Shown piece by piece: positions 16,344 through 24,228 of a stretch of DNA of 48,432 nt (positions are counted from its first letter, which is position 1; every line of letters begins with the position of its first letter). The position numbers were made by a program, and so were the translations under genes. The notes beneath the pieces were generated by a model, which worked only from the letters and a program-made list of their open reading frames with translations, was not told the DNA's origin and made no database searches. This DNA comes from Cognaticolwellia sp. (GTDB taxonomy: Bacteria > Myxococcota_A > UBA796 > CAJQPC01), in NCBI GenBank assembly GCA_047621545.1, contig JBLHMA010000002.1, forward strand, positions 1-48,432, in the 5' to 3' direction.

Positions 16344-17847
16344 GCCAAGCTTCGCGAAAGATTTTGCCAAGGTCCTGGGGATCTTTGCAGTCCTATGGTC
16401 TTTGCTCTACCTACCTCTGGCCATCGGTGTACCCACCGCCGACCACGACCCGAACCTGGGGGCCATCGCCCTTCAGGCACGGCACTGGCAGGAGAGCGGC
16501 AGCCCCCAGCGATTCAGCATTCTCTGGGGCGGTGGCACACTCTTCTCGGGCCTGGTGGAGCAGGCCCCTTGGTCACCGGCGGTGCTCCTGGCCCTGGTGC
16601 TTGGGCCCAAGGCTGGTGGGATGGGCTGGATGTGGGCCCAACTCAGCTTTGGTGGTGCCGCGCTCTACGGCTGGTTCCGCAGCGAAGGGGCCAAGCACCA
16701 CCCGGCTCTGGTTGGCGCAATCGGGGCGTGGTGCACCCTCTGGCTGGCCCGACACGCCATCGATGGTCACCTGGCTTGGGGCGCCTTTGCCCTGTGCATC
16801 TCCCTTGGATGGACCTTCGCCAAAGGCCCAAAGTGGATGCCGCTCTGGACCGGACTGCAGGCCCTTCTGCTGCTCAGCTCCAGCCACCTGCAGGCCCCGC
16901 TCTACGGCTGGCCGGTCGTGCTCTTCGGCATGGCGCTGGGCTTACGGCGCCACCCCACCCAAGTGCTCTGGGGTGTCGCAGCCTGCGTGCCCGCCCTAGC
17001 GTTGCATGGGCGACTCTGGGCAGACGCTTGGCGCGCCGGACAACTCTACGAGCGCGGGCAACTCATCGCCGCTCAGGACGTGCGCTTTGCCACCGGATGG
17101 GCCCCAAAGCTGCTTGGCATTCTGCTCCCAGGAGCCAGCTACGGAGCACACGCCGAAGGCAACCTATTGGCCCTGCTCCCGGCCCTTTTTGCAACCAAAC
17201 GCTGGCCCCAGAGGTGGGTATGGGGTGCGGCCGCCGCCCTGATCGCCTTGGCTCTGATCCCCAACGTGGGGCCCTTTCGCCAGGCCGAGCGCCTGCTCTG
17301 GGGCCTGCCTCTACTGGCGGGCTGGCACCTGGCTCAAGCACCGCTTCCACAGTGGGCAGAGCGCCTGAGCCTGGGCTTGGGGGTCGGCGGCGCGGCTCTG
17401 CTGATGGCTCTCCGGATGGTAAGTGGACTCGGAGCGCCGACGGGGCCTGAGCCGGCGCCGGGGATTCAAGGCGTGGCTCTGCCCCAGCAGAGCTACGACA
17501 TCAGCGAGGCCTACATAGGTGGCCTGGTAGCGCAGATTCAAGCGGGCCAAGTCGTGCACCGGCCTGCCGGGCACCTGGCACTGGAACAGGTCCCCGAGCG
17601 CGGGACTAGCCTGTCTCTAAGCCCAAACTTCCACGCCAAAGGCACCGACCCGCGCCTGGTTGTGACAGGACCCTGGGAACCCGGAAGCCTAGTCGTTCTG
17701 CAGCTCCGTGACGGCGGCTGGCAGGTCTCGGGCTGTGCGGCGCTGAGGACCGAAGGGCGGTGGCTCTTTCTAGTGGGTACGGGACGATGTTCCGCAGTGA
17801 CCCTGACGCTGAGTTCATTGCCTGATCAAAAAACACCGCCGGATTGA
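16330..17847 (+). CDS. Polytopic integral membrane protein with a C-terminal extracytoplasmic domain (GT-C-like?)
   Basis: More than 10 hydrophobic segments. The first loop reads PTADHDPNLG. The start is uncertain: TTG at 16330 overlaps the thioesterase stop, and the ORF is open from 16297. The stop TGA lies inside the first copy of the 16-bp repeat. Confidence 0.7.
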   Translation: MTSAKPSFAKDFAKVLGIFAVLWSLLYLPLAIGVPTADHDPNLGAIALQARHWQESGSPQRFSILWGGGTLFSGLVEQAPWSPAVLLALVLGPKAGGMGWMWAQLSFGGAALYGWFRSEGAKHHPALVGAIGAWCTLWLARHAIDGHLAWGAFALCISLGWTFAKGPKWMPLWTGLQALLLLSSSHLQAPLYGWPVVLFGMALGLRRHPTQVLWGVAACVPALALHGRLWADAWRAGQLYERGQLIAAQDVRFATGWAPKLLGILLPGASYGAHAEGNLLALLPALFATKRWPQRWVWGAAAALIALALIPNVGPFRQAERLLWGLPLLAGWHLAQAPLPQWAERLSLGLGVGGAALLMALRMVSGLGAPTGPEPAPGIQGVALPQQSYDISEAYIGGLVAQIQAGQVVHRPAGHLALEQVPERGTSLSLSPNFHAKGTDPRLVVTGPWEPGSLVVLQLRDGGWQVSGCAALRTEGRWLFLVGTGRCSAVTLTLSSLPDQKTPPD

Positions 17848-17983
17848 AAACACGACGGATTGAAAGCACGACGGATTGAAAGCACGACGGATTGAAAGCA
17901 CGACGGATTGAAAGCACGACGGATTGAAAGCACGACGGATTGAAAGTACGACGGATTGAAAGTATGCCGGATTGAAAGCACGG
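17835..17983. repeat. Tandem array of a 16-bp unit (cacgacggattgaaag): 9 phased copies plus a partial tenth
   Basis: The core cggattgaaa[ag] starts at 17840, 17856, 17872, 17888, 17904, 17920, 17936, 17952 and 17968, an exact 16-bp period. Six central units are identical; the flanking units are degenerate (tacga.., tatgc..). The array is intergenic and ends 26 nt before the GAF kinase ATG (18009). Confidence 0.97.
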
Positions 17984-18008
17984 CTCGTCCGCAGAGATAG
18001 GCTTCACA

Positions 18009-19196
18009 ATGCCCGCATCAATCAACGCCTCCTCTACACCAAGAATCCCCTACAACGAGGCTGCAAGGCTGGAGGCTCTCCACAACCTGGACATCCTCGA
18101 CACGGGGCCCGAGAAGGCATTTGACCGAATTACTCGACTTGCAGCAACGATCATTGGTACGCCCGTCGCCCTGGTGTCCCTGATCGATGCGGACCGACAG
18201 TGGTCCAAGTCGGCCCACGGCGTTGAACCCTCAGAAATGATCCGAAAGGACGCATTCTGTTCCCACGCCATCCTGCAGGACGATGTGATGGTCGTCCCAA
18301 ATGCCACGATGGATCCCCGTTTCGCAGACAATCCCTTGGTGACCGCAGAACAGGGCATTCGCTTCTATGCAGGAGCGCCCTTGATGCTCAATGACAATCT
18401 GAGATTGGGCACTCTCTGCACTGTGGGCTTTGAACCCAGGGAGATGAGCGCGCGAGAGATAGACGCCTTGAGAGATCTGGCTGCCATCGTTGTAGACGAG
18501 CTGAAGTTGCGGCTCCTGGTTCAGACTCAGGCGGCGACCAACGCCATTCTCAACGAGCGGACGCGCGAGCTGGCGATCGCAAATCAGTCCCTGGACCAGT
18601 TCGCCTACATGGCCTCCCACGACCTTCGAGGCCCCCTTCAGACGATCATCGGCATGGCGGACATAGCGGGCCCACTGGCCAGCGAGCTGAACCGCGAGCC
18701 CTTGCGTTTTATTGGAAAGGCTGCCAAGAACCTCGACGAGGTCGTTCTCGGTTACCGGCGTCTGTCCAGGCTCAGCTGTGGCGAGAAGCAGAACGTCGCC
18801 TTGAAAGGCTTGGTTGAGCGTGCCCGGCAGCAAGCCGCCCCCAACCTTGAAGTGGACGTACCGGTCAACGTCAACATCCACTGCGACCCAGTCCTGCTCA
18901 CCCAGGTGTTGACCAACCTCCTGACCAACGCGGAGCAATATGCCTCGCAGCCCAAGATTGAGATTCGTGCCCAAGTCGGCGGATCGACCACCGTCATACG
19001 CGCCGAGAGTCCTGTTCGGGAAGCCTTCGCCGTCGATGCCACCATCTTCACCCCATTCAAGCGTTTCACGAACGATGGTGACGGCACCGGACTCGGCTTG
19101 GCGATCGTCGATCGCGTGGTCAAGCTGCATGGGGGTTCGGCTGCAGCTGGCTGCTCGGACTCAACGTTCTGGATTGAGCTCGTGCTTCCAGCCTAG
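18009..19196 (+). CDS. Cytoplasmic GAF-domain sensor histidine kinase
   Basis: N-terminal GAF-like region (YNEAARLEAL..LDILDT..FDRITRLAA, typical of GAF kinases). H-box MASHDLRGPL. G-box GDGTGLGLAIVDRVV. No TM segments. Confidence 0.9.
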   Translation: MPASINASSTPRIPYNEAARLEALHNLDILDTGPEKAFDRITRLAATIIGTPVALVSLIDADRQWSKSAHGVEPSEMIRKDAFCSHAILQDDVMVVPNATMDPRFADNPLVTAEQGIRFYAGAPLMLNDNLRLGTLCTVGFEPREMSAREIDALRDLAAIVVDELKLRLLVQTQAATNAILNERTRELAIANQSLDQFAYMASHDLRGPLQTIIGMADIAGPLASELNREPLRFIGKAAKNLDEVVLGYRRLSRLSCGEKQNVALKGLVERARQQAAPNLEVDVPVNVNIHCDPVLLTQVLTNLLTNAEQYASQPKIEIRAQVGGSTTVIRAESPVREAFAVDATIFTPFKRFTNDGDGTGLGLAIVDRVVKLHGGSAAAGCSDSTFWIELVLPA

Positions 19197-19288
19197 GGCA
19201 CAGCAACCGAGCTTCGCTGGCGCCCAGCTCTCGCTCCAAGGGTGGAAGGAGGAGTAGACTTGCCGTCCCGACCTTTTGGAGTCCGCCG

Positions 19289-19918
19289 ATGACCTTGCTC
19301 CTGCTCAGTCTGTTCGCACTGGATGTCCCCGACCAGGCCATTGAGTCCTTGGAAGATGTGGCTGCCCCCGACCCAGGCGAGTCGGCCTATGCCACCTGCG
19401 GCGGCTGTCACGGTGCCCAAGGGCAAGGCAACCCAGCCATGAATGCGCCTGCTCTGGCAGGCCAGGACGCCGACTACACGGCGCGGCAGCTGCGCAACTA
19501 CAAGGCTGGCATTCGCGGTGCTGATCCCGAGGACGTCTACGGTGCACAGATGCGGGGCATGTCCAATGTCTTGATCGAAGACGCGGCCGTGGTGGCTGTC
19601 TCCGAGTACATCGCCACCCTTGAGCGTCCATCTGCCGCAGCCACAACAGCCACCCAGGCCGAGCTAAGCGCGGGGCAGAGCGCCTACATGAACTGCGTGT
19701 CGTGCCACGGCCAGAATGGCCAGGGCAACCCCGTGATGATGGGACCTGCCTTGGCCGGCCTGGATGCCCCCTATGTTGAGCGGCAACTTGAGCACTTCCG
19801 CGCCGGTCGCCGCGGCGCCCACACCGAGGATGCATGGGGCGCCAGCATGGTCCCCTTGGCCAAGCAGCTCGATGCGGAGACTTCCGTGGCCATCGCGGCC
19901 TACTTGACCAGTCTATAG
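19289..19918 (+). CDS. Diheme cytochrome c4-type protein
   Basis: Signal peptide, two CxxCH sites (CGGCHG and CVSCHG), each followed by G.GNP.M..PALAG.D..Y...QL...G.R. GGAG lies 7 nt upstream of the ATG. Confidence 0.9.
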   Translation: MTLLLLSLFALDVPDQAIESLEDVAAPDPGESAYATCGGCHGAQGQGNPAMNAPALAGQDADYTARQLRNYKAGIRGADPEDVYGAQMRGMSNVLIEDAAVVAVSEYIATLERPSAAATTATQAELSAGQSAYMNCVSCHGQNGQGNPVMMGPALAGLDAPYVERQLEHFRAGRRGAHTEDAWGASMVPLAKQLDAETSVAIAAYLTSL

Positions 19919-19924
19919 GCCGCT

Positions 19925-20053
19925 CTAAAGCACGCCGAAGCGGTAGGTCTCCGCCAGGGTGTTGCTCTCGGGTGCTGTCAGCACGAGCCAGAGCCCCACC
20001 CCCGCAACCACCAGGAGCGCGCCGCCAATCCAGAGCCAGAGATCCTTGGACAT
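19925..20053 (-). CDS. Possible small membrane protein (42 aa)
   Basis: My own translation gives MSKDLWLWIGGALLVVAGVGLWLVLTAPESNTLAETYRFGVL*. It has one clear TM helix and high third-position GC. It is too short for the ORF track and has no strong ribosome-binding site. Confidence 0.35.
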   Translation of the reverse strand: MSKDLWLWIGGALLVVAGVGLWLVLTAPESNTLAETYRFGVL

Positions 20054-20083
20054 GTCGCCAGCCTACACCGAGAAACACCCCCT

Positions 20084-20923
20084 GTGCCGCGCACCCTAAA
20101 GAACCTGCTCATGTCGCTGTTCACCGCCCTGGTTGTCCTAGGTGGTACCGAGCTGCTGCTCAATCTGGCGGACTGGCCGGCGCCGTCGGTCTACGTCGAC
20201 GGGCACCGGCCCATCTGGACCCTGCGCCCCAACGTGGACTTGGAGCTGAGGCACCACGAACTGAACCGAGACTTCTCAGTCCACGTAAGCGGGGTCGGCT
20301 TCCGCGGACCGGAGCCCGTCTCACCACGCATCGCCTGCCTGGGCGACTCCACAACCTTTGGATGGGGCGTCACTCAGGAGCCAGCTTGGCCCAGCATTCT
20401 TGGAGACGAGCTCGGCGTAGAAGTCCTGAACGCGGGGGTACCCGGCTACTCCACACACCAAGGTTTAGCGACCCTGGACCGGGTGTTGGCGCTCAACCCG
20501 GATGTGGTGGTCCTGGCCTACATGATTCGGGATGCGGATCCGGCGCCCATTCCCGACGCCCAGCAACGCGATTCAGGCCCAGCGCACCCTCTGCAGATGC
20601 AGCGCGCGCTGGTGAGTTTGTTGCCCACGCCCGCTCCTGCGCCACCCATTGGAGACACCCAGCGGGTGCCGCCCCTGCTCTATGGGCAAAACGTCGATAC
20701 GCTCACGCGGCGCATACGGGCCTCGGGGGCGCAGGCAGTCTTGTTGAGCTTCCCGGTACAGGAAGACCGAGGCGCCCACCAACAGGTCCTGGAGGAGCGC
20801 GGTGCTCTGAGCCCCGAGCTCCCGGCACAGGCCTTCTTTGCAGAAGACCCCCTCCACCTGAACGTGGATGGCAACCGCCTGCTGGCAGCGTGGCTGGCCG
20901 AAGAGCTGCCCCCCATGAATTAG
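20084..20923 (+). CDS. SGNH/GDSL-family hydrolase
   Basis: Block I IACLGDSTTFGWG, block II NAGVPGYST, block V DPLHLN. N-terminal TM/signal segment. The start may instead be the ATG at 20111. Confidence 0.85.
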   Translation: MPRTLKNLLMSLFTALVVLGGTELLLNLADWPAPSVYVDGHRPIWTLRPNVDLELRHHELNRDFSVHVSGVGFRGPEPVSPRIACLGDSTTFGWGVTQEPAWPSILGDELGVEVLNAGVPGYSTHQGLATLDRVLALNPDVVVLAYMIRDADPAPIPDAQQRDSGPAHPLQMQRALVSLLPTPAPAPPIGDTQRVPPLLYGQNVDTLTRRIRASGAQAVLLSFPVQEDRGAHQQVLEERGALSPELPAQAFFAEDPLHLNVDGNRLLAAWLAEELPPMN

Positions 20924-20983
20924 GCTGTCGTGCTCTGAAGAGAGCTAGGCTGCCGTGCTCTGAAGAGAGTTAGGCCGCCGAAG
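20921..20983. repeat. 25-bp tandem repeat (2 copies plus a partial third) between convergent genes; each unit holds a small hairpin
   Basis: taggctgtcgtgctctgaagagagc (20921-20945), taggctgccgtgctctgaagagagt (20946-20970), taggccgccgaag (20971-20983). Each full unit contains gctct-gaag-agagc (5-bp stem, 4-nt loop). Unit 1 begins with the SGNH gene's TAG stop. Confidence 0.9.
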
Positions 20984-20984
20984 T

Positions 20985-21641
20985 CTAGATCGCGATGGTC
21001 TCGGCTGGCTGCTGGCCGCTGAGATCCAGCCACAGAATGTAGCGGGAGAGAAGCAGTGCGGGCAGGACCACGAAAGGTCCCACAATTGGAACTGCACTCA
21101 GGCCGCCGCAGAAGAACACCAGCAGAAAGTCGGTGATGACCACGTCCGGGTAGCGGGTCTTCATCAGGTCCAAGGCCATCGTGAAGGACTCTCTGAGCGA
21201 GTGTCCCTGGGACAAGGCACTCTCAGGCAGAAAGAGCAGAGGCCGCAAGAACAGGCCCGGCACGATGCACATCAGGAAGCCGAGCACCACGATGGGCGCG
21301 CGAATGGCCTCCAAGGCCACAGCCTCGAAGACCTCGCCAACGCCCACCTTGACCAAGGCTCCATCAGTGCCGGCCATGGCCGCTTGGAGGCGGCGCAGCC
21401 ACCAGACCTCGATGGGGGCGGTGCAGATCCGACCCAAGAAAAAGAGCAGGCTGGCAAAGGGCCAGAATCCATAGCCTTGCAGCACATCCGTTCCAGACAG
21501 CACACCGACGAGCACGCCTGCCGCCATGAGCGACGCCATGACCAACATCGCGCCTACCAGCACGGCTGTCGGCTTGAGCATCTCTTTGTAGTGCTTCATG
21601 GCCACGCGAACAATCGCGCTCAAAATGGGGCCGATTCTCAA
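20985..21641 (-). CDS. Integral membrane protein (5-6 TM), unknown function
   Basis: Hydrophobic segments run throughout. Candidate start is a TTG overlapping the UDG stop as TTGA (21638-21641), giving (M)RIGPILSAIVRVAMKHYKEML. The ATG at 21599 is the alternative. Confidence 0.7.
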   Translation of the reverse strand: MRIGPILSAIVRVAMKHYKEMLKPTAVLVGAMLVMASLMAAGVLVGVLSGTDVLQGYGFWPFASLLFFLGRICTAPIEVWWLRRLQAAMAGTDGALVKVGVGEVFEAVALEAIRAPIVVLGFLMCIVPGLFLRPLLFLPESALSQGHSLRESFTMALDLMKTRYPDVVITDFLLVFFCGGLSAVPIVGPFVVLPALLLSRYILWLDLSGQQPAETIAI

Positions 21642-22297
21642 GCGCCACTCCAATTCAACTGGGTGAGCCGCTGCGACATGAGCTGCGGAAAGCGCTTGTA
21701 CCAAATGGCGTTGAGAGGACTCGGGTGGGGTACGGGGTGGAGAACAAAGTCCTTGCCTCCCAAGGTGAGTCCCAGGCTGCGCTGGTAGCGGTCGGGCAGC
21801 GCCCAGAAGGCCTTGAGCTGGGGCTTGAGGGACTTGTCGGCCAAGCCGAACCACTCAAAGGCGACGTTGCCGCACGTGATCAGGTCGCGGCCCTGCCACT
21901 GGTCCACCAGCAGCTCCTGGATGTGGGGCAAGAAACGGCGCTTGATCTTGACCGACCAGGCCTTGTTGCCGGTTGGCTTGTAGGGCACGGTGTTGGCCCA
22001 AAAGAAGCTCTGGCCGGCGCGCTTGTAGTCGTCGAGCGAGGACGCATCTCGGCCAAACTGGGCCTGGTGAAGAGCCTGCCGAATCAGCTGCCCTCCCTTC
22101 CCGATGAAGGGCTCATTCTCAATGACCTCGTGGCGACCGGGATCTCGGCCCATGACCCCGATTCGGGCCTGCAGCGAGCCTGTGCCCAAGAGCACCGGCT
22201 TGGTCGGCTCCACTCCTGCAGACTCGTAGACTGGGACGTCGATGGGCATCTCACCCAAGGCCGCCTCGGCCCGGATCGCTGCGAGCAGGTCCTTCAC
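21638..22297 (-). CDS. Uracil-DNA glycosylase superfamily protein (family 4-like motifs, no Fe-S cysteines)
   Basis: Motif A-like GRDPGRHEVIENEPFIGKGGQLI and motif B-like HPVPHPSPLN. The whole protein has only one Cys. The GTG start overlaps the TerB stop as GTGA. Confidence 0.8.
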   Translation of the reverse strand: MKDLLAAIRAEAALGEMPIDVPVYESAGVEPTKPVLLGTGSLQARIGVMGRDPGRHEVIENEPFIGKGGQLIRQALHQAQFGRDASSLDDYKRAGQSFFWANTVPYKPTGNKAWSVKIKRRFLPHIQELLVDQWQGRDLITCGNVAFEWFGLADKSLKPQLKAFWALPDRYQRSLGLTLGGKDFVLHPVPHPSPLNAIWYKRFPQLMSQRLTQLNWSGA

Positions 22298-22746
22298 GCG
22301 TTCAGGACTTCATCGATGGTGAACTGGTCCAAGCCCATGGCCTTGCCCAGAGCTTCTACCTGGGCGCGGGACTGTTTGACCCCGGCCAAGTTCGAGAGCA
22401 GCGCGGCTGCAACATCGGAGATGGCCCGACTGACTTCGCGCTCACCCAGACCCAGCTTCTGCGCGTAGCCGCGGATGACGTCGGTCTCCTCGTCGCCTAA
22501 CTTCATGTCAGCAAAAGCCACCAGTACCAAGCTCTTGATGAAGGCCTCTTTCAGGGCGGAGGTGTTGACCACGCTCAGGTCGACCGTGTCGGTGTTGCCG
22601 GCGGGGAGTTCGTCCTCGAAAGACTGAATCAAGAGCAGCTCGCGGGGGTGATCGCCGTCCGCGGCAGCGACTTCGCGCATGGCCTGGACAAGGGCGTATC
22701 CGACGGATTGGTCGATCTGGACCATCTGCTTCATGATGCTTCGCAT
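22294..22746 (-). CDS. TerB-family (tellurite-resistance TerB-like) protein
   Basis: 150 aa, all-helical, with two A.ADG/D.....E repeats (VAAADGDHPRE and VAFADMKLGDEE), characteristic of the TerB fold. Confidence 0.7.
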   Translation of the reverse strand: MRSIMKQMVQIDQSVGYALVQAMREVAAADGDHPRELLLIQSFEDELPAGNTDTVDLSVVNTSALKEAFIKSLVLVAFADMKLGDEETDVIRGYAQKLGLGEREVSRAISDVAAALLSNLAGVKQSRAQVEALGKAMGLDQFTIDEVLNA

Positions 22747-22775
22747 TGGGGGGCTCCGAGAAGGGTTGGGGGATT

Positions 22776-23534
22776 CTAATCTTCGTCGTCGCCTAGCGGG
22801 GAGACAGCGTGAAGGAGGCGCAGGAGCTCTTCGGGGTCAAAGCGCTCCTGAAGCTGCTGCGTGCGCACAGAACGCTCGACCAACAACAGGTAGAGGTGAT
22901 CGGGGCCAGCGGGGATGGCTCCCAGGGCATGGGCCGCCTCCTCCCACCCATCTCCAAGAGCGATCTGGCCCGCCTCAAGGGCGTGGATGAGCATCTCTTC
23001 ATCAGCATCCCCCCACAGGCCATCGGGCATACCGCGGGGGCGGAAGACCAAGGTCACGCCGGCGATCACCAACATGCCCACCAGCCAGGCGTTGACGCCG
23101 GCCAACCACCCCACCAAGAGCCAGCCGAACATGAGGAAGAGTCCAGCGCAGCCTACCGCCCGCCGCCGACGGTGCGTGGTGTCAAAGGCCCGGGCTGCCT
23201 GAACCATCTCGATGAGCCCTTGGGGTCCCATGATCTCCAACTGCTCGGTGCGCAGCCAGCTGCCCGCACCCGTGTCCCACGCGTTTAGCCACCCATCCCA
23301 GCTCAACTCAGACTGCCGGGCCGCCCGCCGCAAAGGCTCGTCCAGTACTGGGTCGGGTTCGGGCTCAAGTCGGTCCCAGAGCTCCGTGTCGTGGAAGGCG
23401 CGGAGATGATCCGCGTCCGCTGAAAGCAACACATCTACGTCTTCAACCAGCAGCCTTAGCCGCGGGTGAATCCACATATCCTCAGGGTCCAGGACGTAGC
23501 CCAGGGCTCGAAGTTCGATTGCGCCATCGCTCAT
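22776..23534 (-). CDS. Hypothetical membrane protein (252 aa, central TM hairpin)
   Basis: Start at the internal ATG (MSDGAIELRALGYV, cat at 23532-23534); the longer ORF would overlap the divergent TetR gene. It has two adjacent TM helices (GCAGLFLMFGWLLVGWLAGVNAWLVGMLVIAGVTLVF) and acidic termini. Confidence 0.65.
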   Translation of the reverse strand: MSDGAIELRALGYVLDPEDMWIHPRLRLLVEDVDVLLSADADHLRAFHDTELWDRLEPEPDPVLDEPLRRAARQSELSWDGWLNAWDTGAGSWLRTEQLEIMGPQGLIEMVQAARAFDTTHRRRRAVGCAGLFLMFGWLLVGWLAGVNAWLVGMLVIAGVTLVFRPRGMPDGLWGDADEEMLIHALEAGQIALGDGWEEAAHALGAIPAGPDHLYLLLVERSVRTQQLQERFDPEELLRLLHAVSPLGDDED

Positions 23535-23590
23535 GGACCTTGGGTTATCACGGCACACACCACCTTCAACCGGGGCGTTATCCGCATGCC

Positions 23591-24214
23591 ATGGGCCTAA
23601 GAGAGCAAAAGAAAGCCGCGCGGCGCCAAGCCATCCTGGACGCCGGTCGACGTGCAATGCTCGAAGAGGGCTTTGAGCGTGCCAGCGTGGAGCGTATCGT
23701 CGCCGAAGTTGGAATCGCAAGAGGCACTTTCTACCTGTATTTTCCAGATAAGGAGACGCTCTTCTCAACACTACTGGAGGAGCTCTACGCTCCCTTCGTT
23801 GGCGCCCTAAAATCTCATGCGAAAGCCTTGGCCTCGGCGGCGACCACCCAGCAACAACAGCTTCTCTATTTGCAGATGAGCCTGGGGTTGGCTCAGGTCT
23901 TGGAACGAACAAGGACCACCCTCCCCCTCCACTTTCAGCACGCTCGGGCCCCAGGGACCTCTGGAACACTGTGCCGAGAATGGCTGACCCAGGTCGAGGA
24001 CACAGCGATCACGATTCTGGAGGACGCCCAAAATCGGGGCCTGGTTCGGCATCACGACAGCGCAGCAGTGGCGTTAGCCATTGTCGGAGCCGCCGAGCGC
24101 CTGCTGTGGGCCTGGCTGCAAGGAGACCCGCGCCTGAACGCAGAACAGGCGGCCAGCGAACTGGCGCGCCTGTTCTTTGAAGGCATCCGCCCGCAGGCGA
24201 TGCCCAAGTCCTAA
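23591..24214 (+). CDS. TetR/AcrR-family transcriptional regulator
   Basis: N-terminal HTH: RRQAILDAGRRAMLEEGFERASVERIVAEVGIARGTFYLYFPDKETLF. ATG at 23591, in frame with ORF 23519..24214. Confidence 0.9.
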   Translation: MGLREQKKAARRQAILDAGRRAMLEEGFERASVERIVAEVGIARGTFYLYFPDKETLFSTLLEELYAPFVGALKSHAKALASAATTQQQQLLYLQMSLGLAQVLERTRTTLPLHFQHARAPGTSGTLCREWLTQVEDTAITILEDAQNRGLVRHHDSAAVALAIVGAAERLLWAWLQGDPRLNAEQAASELARLFFEGIRPQAMPKS

Positions 24215-24228
24215 AGACTGAGCTCGTT

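Noticed and set aside
17835-17983. The 16-bp repeat as a CRISPR array; the unit contains ATTGAAAG, which resembles a crRNA 5' tag.
   Set aside because: The units are contiguous with no unique spacers, since only 8 nt separate the cores. There are no cas genes in the window and the repeat length is far below CRISPR repeats.
17606-18025. 139-aa minus-strand ORF running through the 16-bp repeat (FNPSCFQSVVLSIRR repeated).
   Set aside because: The periodic peptide is an artefact of translating a 16-bp repeat (48-bp frame cycle). The ORF overlaps the end of a convincing plus-strand gene and has no start context.
21638-22297. UdgX-like covalent-crosslinking glycosylase, because of a KRRF..H stretch (SVKIKRRFLPH).
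   Set aside because: When aligned by eye to family 4 UDGs, the stretch falls in the ordinary region after the N.V.(C/Y)(R/K)PP segment and is not the inserted KRRIH loop. The similarity is most likely coincidental.
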